64,000 nucleotides of DNA from Thraustochytrium aureum (taxonomy: Eukaryota). This document shows, piece by piece, positions 11,826 through 21,189 of this stretch (positions within the stretch are counted from its first letter, which is position 1; every line of letters begins with the position of its first letter). The translations under genes and the position numbers were made by a program. The DNA lies in NCBI GenBank assembly GCA_012862495.1, contig BLSG01000084.1, forward strand, positions 72,526 through 136,525, in the 5' to 3' direction. The notes below the pieces were generated by a model. It worked only from the letters and a program-made list of their open reading frames with translations, searched no databases and was not told the origin of the DNA.

Positions 11826-13522
11826 TCAGCGTCGCGCTTCCCGGACTTGAGACTGGCGTTGAGCGCTCTGGCCCTTGACCGCGGGGATCCACCCCACGGC
11901 TGCATTGATTTTGTTTTCGCGTACTGTCCAGGCCCTGTACACTGTCCAAGAACTTGTCTCCCACGCTCGAGTGGAATCCAGGTGGCCACTGATCGTCTGT
12001 TTGTGCATGTGGATTCGAGTCTCCTCCGCTTCACGTTTCGGTTGGACGAGTACTACTTTTGACATCAAGAGCCGGTGGGCCNNNNNNNNNNNNNNNNNNN
12101 NNNNNNNNNNNNNNNNNNNNNNNNNNNNNNNNNNNNNNNNNNNNNNNNNNNNNNNNNNNNNNNNNNNNNNNNNNNNNNNNNNNNNNNNNNNNNNNNNNNN
12201 NNNNNNNNNNNNNNNNNNNNNNNNNNNNNNNNNNNNNNNNNNNNNNNNNNNNNNNNNNNNNNNNNNNNNNNNNNNNNNNNNNNNNNNNNAGTGCGTCGAA
12301 GACGGGCGACTCGTCGTGGAATACTGCTACCAAGCAGCGTTGTGAATTTATCAGCAAGACGTCGCTCACCGCCCGCCTGTTCCGCGGGTCTCTGGACGAT
12401 TGCGCGAAAAAAGGCAGGCCAACGAGGCGAAAGGAAACCCCGGTGGCCAAGCCCCGACGCCACTTGCTTGGGGCTCAAGCAAAACCCACGACTGAACTTG
12501 CCGCTTCAGCTTGGGGCTCGGCAGTCGCCCTAGAGTAAGAGGGTAACGCTTGTCGTGCGTACACGGGCGTGCATCACATACACCGCCACTTTGTAGTACC
12601 GGCCGACCTTGAGCCAGGCGCGCAGCGAGCCATGCAGGCTTGTGCTCTCAACCCAGGCGTCACCGGATTTTGCGACCCCAGACTGCGCAAGGGTTTGCGC
12701 AAGCCGCTGCCAATCCGCCCAGAAGCGCGCAGTCGCGCGATGGCACTCCTCCCACTCCACTTGGCAGACCAATACGTGGTCGTTGGGCGCCGAGGGCGTT
12801 CTAGCTCTCTGCCCCGTTCGCTTCGCAGCGCATCGCACCCAAGCTCAGAGAGCTTCCTCCAACTTGCGATCGATACAGGCGCAGGACTTGCCGATCGCTG
12901 GCTGCTCGCCTTTCTCTAGTTCGAGGTCCCCCAGGGTCGCTTACCGCGGCTCGTGCACCGCGCCTTCTCGCCGAGCAAGCATGCCGATGCAAATCAGCCA
13001 GACGGCCTAGCTGGCTTGGCCGCTTGGGCAACAGCTCGTGTCAGCTCGAATCACAGGGCACCCTGCCTTCGCAAGGAGTGGCAGCTGACCGGTTCGCGGG
13101 CCGACATACGCTGCCACGCCAACCAAAACCGACGCGACAATCACACTGCGACTTGCTGCGCTGCTATGCTTTGACATGAGCCGAACGAATGCTGTCGGCG
13201 CTGTCGAGGCTGAAGATCGCGCTACGCGAAGGCTTCTCGCGAGGTATTCCAGCCCACGCTTCGTCCGCCAGCGTCGCCTTCGGACAGGGCTTTCCAACGC
13301 TCGCGCGAGCGCTGGGTGAAGTATGCCGATCAAACGAAATCGATCGTTTCCGTATGAGAGGGACTGGGACGCCCAGCATGCCTCCTGCGTCTCGAGCAGC
13401 GACGGAAGAGAGACATCTGTTTCTGCTTGGCCGAAAGACGAAGAGATCGACCAACCCCTCAACTCGTGAACCAGTGCGGGAAGCAGGCGAGCAAGGAGAG
13501 AGCAGATCCCGATCGAGCTCAC
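11826..13522 (-). CDS. Possible fragmented hypothetical gene (several frames, one gap)
   Basis: Successive minus-strand ORF pieces with protein-like composition (e.g. DHVLVCQVEWEECHRATARFWADWQRLAQ); no family recognised. Confidence 0.25.
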
Positions 13523-13619
13523 ACGTCACCAACGCGATCCACAGTCGCTGAACAACTGTCCAGTAAGCTCGCGTCGAGGCAGCAGGAACGTGACAGCACA
13601 ACCGAGGATTGAAGGGAAG

Positions 13620-14237
13620 ATGTACGCCCAGATCATCGCGCTGGTGCTCAGCGTTTGGATCCAGACGAGTCAATCTGTGAGCGTGGCGCAAGCGGCCGCC
13701 GTCTTGCACAGCTTTGGAGCCGAGCGAAAGAAAGCTGGGCCGAAGGAAGCTGAAAGGCAGCTCTGCAAGACTCTTGTAGATGATAGCAACTACTGGCTCC
13801 CCCTTGAACCCCAGCGCAATGGGGTGCTGGTCGATTTTGTCGTCTATAATGACCAGTCTGGCAGTCCGCCGATCCATAGCTTTAGGAACGTACACCTCAA
13901 GCCGGGGACTTGCGGACGTCTGCCGGTACCAAATGCGCCGCCAACGAAGGAGCTCGACTTCAATTTTGTCGTGGGCGAGAACAAAGGGTGGATCCTGTTT
14001 GGCTACAAATCCATGGTTGATGGCAATATCAAAGGCACGTTCGAAGTGAATCCTTCCCTTCAGAAGACGTTTGATATGACTGTGCTTCGGTCGGTCAGCC
14101 CGGCATCATATTACTTGGCCACGTTGAGTATTGTTCAACCAACCGCAGCGTTGATTGGCGTTTCGGACACAGTTTCGACTCGCTCTCAAGGGCATCTCCG
14201 TCAACCTTGGGTCGTGAGTTCTGCTGAAGTCGAGTAG
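13620..14237 (+). CDS. Hypothetical secreted protein (205 aa)
   Basis: Signal-peptide-like MYAQIIALVLSVWIQTSQS followed by a beta-rich globular-looking sequence. Confidence 0.6.
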   Translation: MYAQIIALVLSVWIQTSQSVSVAQAAAVLHSFGAERKKAGPKEAERQLCKTLVDDSNYWLPLEPQRNGVLVDFVVYNDQSGSPPIHSFRNVHLKPGTCGRLPVPNAPPTKELDFNFVVGENKGWILFGYKSMVDGNIKGTFEVNPSLQKTFDMTVLRSVSPASYYLATLSIVQPTAALIGVSDTVSTRSQGHLRQPWVVSSAEVE

Positions 14238-14792
14238 ATAAAACCAAACGCGTTCCAGTAGAGTGAGTACAACTGACACCTTATGCACTTCGAGAGCTGC
14301 CAAAGGAGCCCACAGACGAGGCCCTGAATGCGCTTTCTTGAACAGAGGCAGCCCGAGCTGCGACGGAACAAGTTGCAGCGCTGTCCGTCAGACCGTCCCG
14401 TCGGCATTGGCGCAGCCGGGCTGTTTGCATGTCCCTGGTGCCTGTGGTCCGTGAATGACGCCGCAGCCTGCCCGATGCCCGAAGCTGAGCCGGGCTGAGC
14501 ACGCTGGTCGGTGCCAGCGGGGGTCAAGCTGAGGTGCGAGGGACGCGGTTCTCGGCCAGTCTCATCGTCGACGGGGTTGCCTGTCGCAGCTCGCTTGCAA
14601 AGCGCGCCTGTTCACCCCAACCTCAACTTTTGGCGTACGGCTCTCTTGCCAAGTCAGTAGTAACTGAGCAGAGCCCGGCTCAGCTGTAGTGGTCCTGGGC
14701 GAAGAGCCAGCCCGGCCACCCCGAACGGAAAAGAAAAACCGAGATACAAGTCCAATTCAAAGTAGAGCCGCAAGGCCAGGCGCTCACTGCCG

Positions 14793-15725
14793 TTAGACCG
14801 ACGCGCCCGCGACTTGGCTTCCGGTCGCCACGGCCGACGACTCGTCGCGCACCTGCAAGCGGCCGGGAGCAAACATAAGCGCGATGGACGACCAAGCGCC
14901 AATGGAAAAGTACGCGGACATCCAGACCCAGTCCTGGTCCCAGTCTTGCCAGTCCTGCGTGACAACGCGACGATCCCATGCATCCTTGAGGCCCTCGCCT
15001 ACCGGGAACGCGACGACGCCCAGCTCGAGCTCAAGCTGGTACCGCTCATAGTACTTGGGAATGTCGAAAAACAGCATGTAGGGGACGAACAGCAGGCCAA
15101 AGACCACCATGCCACGCAGGAAAATTCGCATCACCCTCGTGCTCGGTGCGACGTGCGGGTCGAACGCGTTGCGCACCCCGTCACCGTCATCGTCGCCGCA
15201 GAGCCCGCCGTCTGCAGAGTAGTACAGCATGGTCGCGGCAGAAATCAGAGCGCAGAGAAAGATGAGCATCCAGCCAATCTCTTCGATGGTGTTGTACAGG
15301 TTGGACGTTGTTGCGATTCCGAGCGTTGCGAAGATGTTGCTGATGAAGGCTTGCAGCACGATGTACTTGGCAACGAGCGGGATGATTCGCGCTAGCCGCT
15401 CTTCCGGCGCGTCGGGTTTGAGGGGCATGTTGGTTGCGAGGGTCGCGAGCGCCCACCCGATCTGCCCGGCCCAGCAGACTTCGCCCACGAACGCGAGCGA
15501 CCTGTTGACGAGGACGGCGTTCAGGTCTGTATCGAAAAACGTCTGCCGCCAGTTGTACAGGCCAGGAAACACAGACCGCCACACGCACTCGAAGACATAA
15601 GGGATGGCAAGGATGCGCATCCAAAAGCTGTACCGCTGCGACCAGGGGTGCACTTTATCGTAAGGGTAGTTCCTCGTCAGCCACCACGCTGCGCAAAAGA
15701 GCACCGTGGAGATGCCAGCCACGGT
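14793..15725 (-). CDS. Uncharacterised multi-pass membrane protein (5' end in gap)
   Basis: About 6-7 hydrophobic helices; motifs PYVFECVWRSVFP, NRSLAFVGEVCW and WMSAYFSIGAWSSIAL. Confidence 0.75.
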   Translation of the reverse strand, partial: TVAGISTVLFCAAWWLTRNYPYDKVHPWSQRYSFWMRILAIPYVFECVWRSVFPGLYNWRQTFFDTDLNAVLVNRSLAFVGEVCWAGQIGWALATLATNMPLKPDAPEERLARIIPLVAKYIVLQAFISNIFATLGIATTSNLYNTIEEIGWMLIFLCALISAATMLYYSADGGLCGDDDGDGVRNAFDPHVAPSTRVMRIFLRGMVVFGLLFVPYMLFFDIPKYYERYQLELELGVVAFPVGEGLKDAWDRRVVTQDWQDWDQDWVWMSAYFSIGAWSSIALMFAPGRLQVRDESSAVATGSQVAGASV

Positions 15726-16667
15726 NNNNNNNNNNNNNNNNNNNNNNNNNNNNNNNNNNNNNNNNNNNNNNNNNNNNNNNNNNNNNNNNNNNNNNNNNNN
15801 NNNNNNNNNNNNNNNNNNNNNNNNNNNNNNNNNNNNNNNNNNNNNNNNNNNNNNNNNNNNNNNNNNNNNNNNNNNNNNNNNNNNNNNNNNNNNNNNNNNN
15901 NNNNNNNNNNNNNNNNNNNNNNNNNNNNNNNNNNNNNNNNNNNNNNNNNNNNNNNNNNNNNNNNNNNNNNNNNNNNNNNNNNNNNNNNNNNNNNNNNNNN
16001 NNNNNNNNNNNNNNNNNNNNNNNNNNNNNNNNNNNNNNNNNNNNNNNNNNNNNNNNNNNNNNNNNNNNNNNNNNNNNNNNNNNNNNNNNNNNNNNNNNNN
16101 NNNNNNNNNNNNNNNNNNNNNNNNNNNNNNNNNNNNNNNNNNNNNNNNNNNNNNNNNNNNNNNNNNNNNNNNNNNNNNNNNNNNNNNNNNNNNNNNNNNN
16201 NNNNNNNNNNNNNNNNNNNNNNNNNNNNNNNNNNNNNNNNNNNNNNNNNNNNNNNNNNNNNNNNNNNNNNNNNNNNNNNNNNNNNNNNNNNNNNNNNNNN
16301 NNNNNNNNNNNNNNNNNNNNNNNNNNNNNNNNNNNNNNNNNNNNNNNNNNNNNNNNNNNNNNNNNNNNNNNNNNNNNNNNNNNNNNNNNNNNNNNNNNNN
16401 NNNNNNNNNNNNNNNNNCTGTGCGAGCCCCCCGGACAAGGCCCTTGTCCGTGCCAATGCCCAACTCAAGCAACTCGACCACGCACGCGGCCCTGCGGCGC
16501 CAACATGCGCAGGCTCGAGCCGTGGCAAGCAGCAGCTCGCACGGCGCGAAGCCGCCAAGGTTAGAGCAAGGGGCACCAGGCAGCGCAACTGCAACCTAGC
16601 AGGCAAGGCGGGCGCCAACTCGCCTGTCACAGAGCAGACAACCAAAGATGCAAAGGGCCGCTCGGCA

Positions 16668-17633
16668 ATGGAGACAAAGGGCGCAGGTCCCCGTGCGCTG
16701 GGCAAGTCCATGTCCGAACCTCTCCGTGGCACCCGGAAGGGGAGCTTCAACAGATGGGTCAACAGCGAGCGGGAGCTTCTTGAGCGGCGGCGCGAGTCGA
16801 GCGGCAGGCTTGTCATGCTTGGCGACTTTGTCCGTGATGCGCACGCAGGCACGGCCTCCAAAGAGCAGCTGCGTTTGGCGCTGCAAGCCAAGGGCCTCGC
16901 ACTCAATGACGAACTCTTCGAGAACGTCTTTCAGCTCTTCGACGCAGACGGCGACGGCCTCGTGAATGCGAGCGACTTTGCCGTGGCGTACTGCGTTCTC
17001 ACGCACAAGGGCTCGGCCAAGGATACGATCGAGCTCGCGTTCCGGCTTTTTGACAGCTCCGGCGAGGGCTCGCTGCAGATGGCCGATTTCAACTCTATGG
17101 TCGCCGTTGTAATCGGCAACAGGCTTAATACCGCGCTAAAGTTCGAGCCGGTGCGATCCGCATTCCGTGCTTTCTTGGTGCATTCGCGCTGCGAAGAGCA
17201 CCTCGACTTCCTGGAGGCTGTCAGCTACCGCCGGCCCAACCCAACTGCGCCAGGTTGGGTCTCCCTGCTGGAGGCGAAGCGCGTGTTTGACGAGTTTGTT
17301 GCGGCAGGCGCTCCGCACCAGATTAACATCTCGTCCTCGAGCCGAGCCGGCTGTGGGGCTGCCATCAAGACGGCCTCGACTGCGCGGATCCCGCTCAACG
17401 TTTTTGATGGGGCGGTGCGCGAGGTGGTGTATCTGTTGGAGTCGGACGCGCTGCCGCGATTCCGTGAGGCGGTTCGCCACCCGATGTCCATGTTTGCCAG
17501 CTTTGCTTGGCGCGACCTCGGACTTCCGAAGGGCGCAGCCCTGTCGCTGAGCGAGTTTCGCGCGTGGGCAGAGGAGACCCCGGGGCTCTTTTCCTTCCTG
17601 GACGAGGTGCGCGACGTTCTGACTTCTTATTGA
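16668..17633 (+). CDS. Calcineurin-B/NCS-like EF-hand protein with an inserted RGS domain (321 aa)
   Basis: EF loops DADGDGLVNASD and DSSGEGSLQMAD. RGS motifs AFRAFL..CEEHLDFL, FDEFV..GAPHQINIS and LLESDALPRF. A final degenerate EF-hand (LSLSEFRAWAEETP) follows the RGS domain. Confidence 0.85.
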   Translation: METKGAGPRALGKSMSEPLRGTRKGSFNRWVNSERELLERRRESSGRLVMLGDFVRDAHAGTASKEQLRLALQAKGLALNDELFENVFQLFDADGDGLVNASDFAVAYCVLTHKGSAKDTIELAFRLFDSSGEGSLQMADFNSMVAVVIGNRLNTALKFEPVRSAFRAFLVHSRCEEHLDFLEAVSYRRPNPTAPGWVSLLEAKRVFDEFVAAGAPHQINISSSSRAGCGAAIKTASTARIPLNVFDGAVREVVYLLESDALPRFREAVRHPMSMFASFAWRDLGLPKGAALSLSEFRAWAEETPGLFSFLDEVRDVLTSY

Positions 17634-17764
17634 TTTTTTGAAAACATGCTGATCTGATCTTGTACTCTTGATCAAGTAGAGCTCGGTCGCCTGATCGCTT
17701 GTGCCGCGGCGCAGGACTCCGCTGCGCCAGCCCTGTTGCGGAGTCGGCTGCATGCATCCCATGG

Positions 17765-17845
17765 AAAACCAAACGAAAAAAATCGAAACGAGAAAAACGA
17801 AACGAAAAAAACGGAACGAAAAAAACGGAACAAAAAATGCAAAAA
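17765..17845. repeat. A-rich (AAAACG-like) low-complexity tract
   Basis: aaaaccaaacgaaaaaaatcgaaacgagaaaaacgaaacgaaaaaaacgg... Confidence 0.6.
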
Positions 17846-17916
17846 GTGGGCCCGGCGAACCAAGAACTGCTCTCCGCCTCCGTATTCAGATTGACCAGTT
17901 CCCACAACGTGCTTTC

Positions 17917-18100
17917 AAGAACACACGCGGAAGACCTGCTCGTGCGAAGCTGCAAGACCACCACGCGGAAGACCACCACGCGGAAGACCACGTAATGGAA
18001 CATTGCGGGAATATACTGCTGCTCGTGCAAAGCTGCAAGAACACCTCGCGGAAGACCACGTAGTGGAACATTGCGAGAATATACTGCCAAAGCTGCTCGT
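17917..18100. repeat. Nested imperfect tandem duplication (~68-bp unit twice, internal 15-bp CACGCGGAAGACCAC repeats)
   Basis: gctcgtgcRaagctgcaaga..cgcggaagaccacgtaRtggaacattgcgRgaatatactgc at ~17938 and ~18021. Confidence 0.85.
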
Positions 18101-18297
18101 GACCCTCCATGCGTCGTGAGCAATGCGTGGCACAGCCGCCAACTCCGAGCCAGACCCGAAAACCCAAGTCAACAACCGCCAAGTCAACACAGTCCGAAAC
18201 GAATTACTCCAGCTCTCGAGTTCGCACGACCAGAGCGCAAGTACGCTGCCCGCGAAGCGCCGACAAGAGAAGGCAGACCTTGCGAAAGCAGAATCAG

Positions 18298-18636
18298 ATG
18301 CGATACATAGCGGCGTACATGCTCCTTTCGCTCGGTGGCAACGAGAACCCGACTCGGGAGCAGGTCGCGGAGCTCCTCACTAGCCAGGGCATCAACGTGT
18401 GCGAGACCGAGCTCGATTTTTTCTTCGAAAAGCTCGGCAGCAAGTCGATTGTCGACCTGGCCGCCGAGGGCCAAGAGCGGCTCGTGACCATCTCGACCGG
18501 CGCGCCCTGCAGCGATGGCCAGATCCCAGGCGCGCCCTCGCCTGCTCCCGAGCCTGACTTGGCGTCCGAGCCCGACATTGGCGACGGCTTTGGCCAGGAC
18601 GGTATCGGCCTTGGCTTCGACTCGGGAGGATACTGA
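18298..18636 (+). CDS. RPLP2: 60S acidic ribosomal protein P2-like (divergent C-terminus)
   Basis: MRYIAAYMLLSLGGNENPT...KSIVDLAAEG is a typical P2 N-terminal dimerisation domain. Confidence 0.8.
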   Translation: MRYIAAYMLLSLGGNENPTREQVAELLTSQGINVCETELDFFFEKLGSKSIVDLAAEGQERLVTISTGAPCSDGQIPGAPSPAPEPDLASEPDIGDGFGQDGIGLGFDSGGY

Positions 18637-18754
18637 AGGATCAAAAGCATTTTCAGTTACTAGAGCAAGGCTTTCCTTGCTTTTTCTGGTTGTTGATCGA
18701 GCCTCCCTCGCTCAACGCCGCGAGCTGAAACAGGCCCCAGCTACTTGCTGACAC

Positions 18755-18830
18755 TGTGAATGAGGGCCGAGCGAGAGCCTGGCCCAGTCCTTGTGAATGA
18801 GGGCCGAGCGAGAGCCTGGCCCAGTCCTTG
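18755..18830. repeat. Perfect 37-bp tandem duplication
   Basis: tgtgaatgagggccgagcgagagcctggcccagtcct twice. Confidence 0.9.
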
Positions 18831-18987
18831 ACCCTGCAGCCTCCCCGTGGCCAACCTTCCAGCTCGAACTAGCTCAAGCTAGAGCTCCCGAGAGGCTCCA
18901 TGATCTTGAAAGCGGACGCATCGTTCAAGCGCAAGCCTGCTCCCGGTACCGAGACGGACGCTTGGCCAGCCAGCCCAAGTGCAGCAG

Positions 18988-20781
18988 CTACTTTGTCGCG
19001 TTGATGATAAACTCAAATACCGGCCGTTCAAACGCGGCTCGGCCGGCACCTGCCACGTCGTCCGCGGCAACAGCCCAGGCGAGCAAGACGACGAACGCAG
19101 CGCTCGCCGCCCAGTCCGGCCCCAAGAATTCGCTCAACGGAGCCATTGCACAGACCACCACAAGGATAACCAAAAGGTGTGTCACGAGCGACTGGCCGCC
19201 GGCAAAGATTGACACGTGGATCTGGTCTCTCGAGACGACAAACTCCCCGAACGCCGTCGTATACCCGCCGGCTTCAAAGACCACTTTGTCGCCCCCTGCG
19301 CCGCCCCACGGTCGCGGCCCAAACGCGTCCAGCGGCGAGACTCCAACCTCGTACAAACCGTGCGCGAGCTCAAACACGCCGGGCTTGTGCGTGTCGCCTG
19401 TCACGAACACAACGTTGCGGTGCGAGGTCGCCGCACCGATGAGCTGCTCCCTCTCCTTCGGGCAGCAGTTCCAGCCCTCGTGGCGCTCAGGCCGGTTGCG
19501 CGTAATTGTAACCGGCGATGCGATGATTTTGAACGCGGCAGGCCGCTCGGCCTCAGCCCAAGCGAGCCAGGCCAGCAGCTTTTCCCACTGCGCGTCGCCG
19601 AGCAAAACGCCGAGCGGCTCGTCCCGCGCGAATCGCGTGTCGAGAACAAACATCTCGGCGTTTGGGCCAGCAGAAACATTGAAGGAGAAGCCGGCTGCCC
19701 CTCGGCGTCCACGCCCCGGGTTGACGGCGCCGATAAAGTTGGCCCAGTTACGGTCCACCGCGGCGGCAAAGCGCGCCGGGTCGACGCGCTCGCCTGCAAA
19801 GTCGTTGACGATTTCGTGGTCGTCATACATTGCGACGACAGGGGTCCTCGCTGTGGCCCATTTGACGGCCGGCGAGGCCCGGACATTGAGGTACTCTTGG
19901 GCAAAGAGCTCGTCGCGCTGTCCAAACCCGATGCCCCTGTAGCCAAGACCACGCGGGACGTCGGCGTAGATAAAGTCGCCCAGAAACAGAGCGAAATTAG
20001 GGTTGCGCTCGGCAAGGAGACGCATGCCGCCCTGAGTCCCGCCCCAAGGCAGCCTGCGCTGCATGCATGACGTTGAGACAAACTTGACCTCCTCCGCTTC
20101 GCGCCCCAGGCCGTTACTCGGGCTGGCACCGGGCAACGTCGCGAACGCGGCGTTCGCACGGAGGGCCTCCACCTCGGCACCGTCTTCCTGCGCGAAGAAG
20201 CGCGCCTCAACGCGGTACCGAGTCCCCGGCTCCAGGTCCGACACGCTCGCGAGGGCAACTCCGCGCCTCAAGGGGAAGCGGCCCAGGTCGAGCACCGGCG
20301 CTTCCGGAGTGATGGACGACTCGTCCAGCGAGGCGCCTTCAAGGACGCGGAGATGGACTTGTCCTTGAAACCAGAGACCGCCGGAGGCCGACACAGCTAC
20401 ACTCGTGCTCGACAGCGACCCAAGTAGAATGGAGGAGCTGTGCACGCCGGGCAGCGCGCTGAGCAACAGGCCCAGCTCAGGCCGGAGTAGGCCCGCGACG
20501 ACCAGCACGGCGATTAGCTTGCTGAAGCGCGTCGCGGCCGCTCTCGGGGCTTGCATGGCCGCCCCAGAAGGAAGGCAGGCACATGCCGCCCAGGCCGCGG
20601 CAGCCATTGCGGCAGTGGCGCCTTGGCACAGGACGAAGCTCGCCACTGCGAGCAGGGCAGGTACGAGGACGACTTGGAGCACGGTCTGCGCCAGCCGCAG
20701 CGCGCCGAGCGCTGCCCCCATCGCGCCACCCGCGCCCGTCCAGTGCGCCATAGCCCCCTCGTCCTTGCTCGGTAGGGCCAT
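18988..20781 (-). CDS. PhoD-like alkaline phosphatase/phosphodiesterase, membrane-anchored
   Basis: FN3-like LEPGTRYRV, then STSC, LFLGDFIYAD, MYDDHEIVND, VLDTRF..LLGDAQWEKL, EGW and TGDTH; hydrophobic segments at both ends. Confidence 0.88.
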   Translation of the reverse strand: MALPSKDEGAMAHWTGAGGAMGAALGALRLAQTVLQVVLVPALLAVASFVLCQGATAAMAAAAWAACACLPSGAAMQAPRAAATRFSKLIAVLVVAGLLRPELGLLLSALPGVHSSSILLGSLSSTSVAVSASGGLWFQGQVHLRVLEGASLDESSITPEAPVLDLGRFPLRRGVALASVSDLEPGTRYRVEARFFAQEDGAEVEALRANAAFATLPGASPSNGLGREAEEVKFVSTSCMQRRLPWGGTQGGMRLLAERNPNFALFLGDFIYADVPRGLGYRGIGFGQRDELFAQEYLNVRASPAVKWATARTPVVAMYDDHEIVNDFAGERVDPARFAAAVDRNWANFIGAVNPGRGRRGAAGFSFNVSAGPNAEMFVLDTRFARDEPLGVLLGDAQWEKLLAWLAWAEAERPAAFKIIASPVTITRNRPERHEGWNCCPKEREQLIGAATSHRNVVFVTGDTHKPGVFELAHGLYEVGVSPLDAFGPRPWGGAGGDKVVFEAGGYTTAFGEFVVSRDQIHVSIFAGGQSLVTHLLVILVVVCAMAPLSEFLGPDWAASAAFVVLLAWAVAADDVAGAGRAAFERPVFEFIINATK

Positions 20782-21189
20782 CGACCGATCGTGCCTTGCT
20801 GGAGGCGGTTTCGGGCTTGCACTTGTGCGTCGTCGTGTGCAATGGGCGCGCGAGGGCCAAAACGAATTCGGAGTGGATAAAATTCAAACGTCGATAGATA
20901 CGCCCTTTTCCCATGGGTTTCTGCTCGTGCGCTGAAACCGCCGCGCGCACGTGACCGCCGCGGCGCGTCAATTCGTCAAGACCACCTTGGTCGATCGGCC
21001 GCTGCGGCGCCAGCGCGCCTGCTTTGGGCGCGCCTGCTTTGGGCGCTTTCGCGCTGCAGGCGACACGGCGCCGCTGGACTTGCTTTGCAGTGCAAATCGG
21101 TCGCGGGGGCGGACGAGGGAAACCACTAGCAGAGCCAGGGCGACACAGCCAACTCTTGTATAGTACGAACGAAGCACATGGCTACTGTT

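Noticed and set aside
17917..18100. CRISPR-like appearance of repeated units (also 62424-62532 and 18755-18830)
   Set aside because: These are tandem duplications without unique spacers, there are no cas genes, and the context is eukaryotic.
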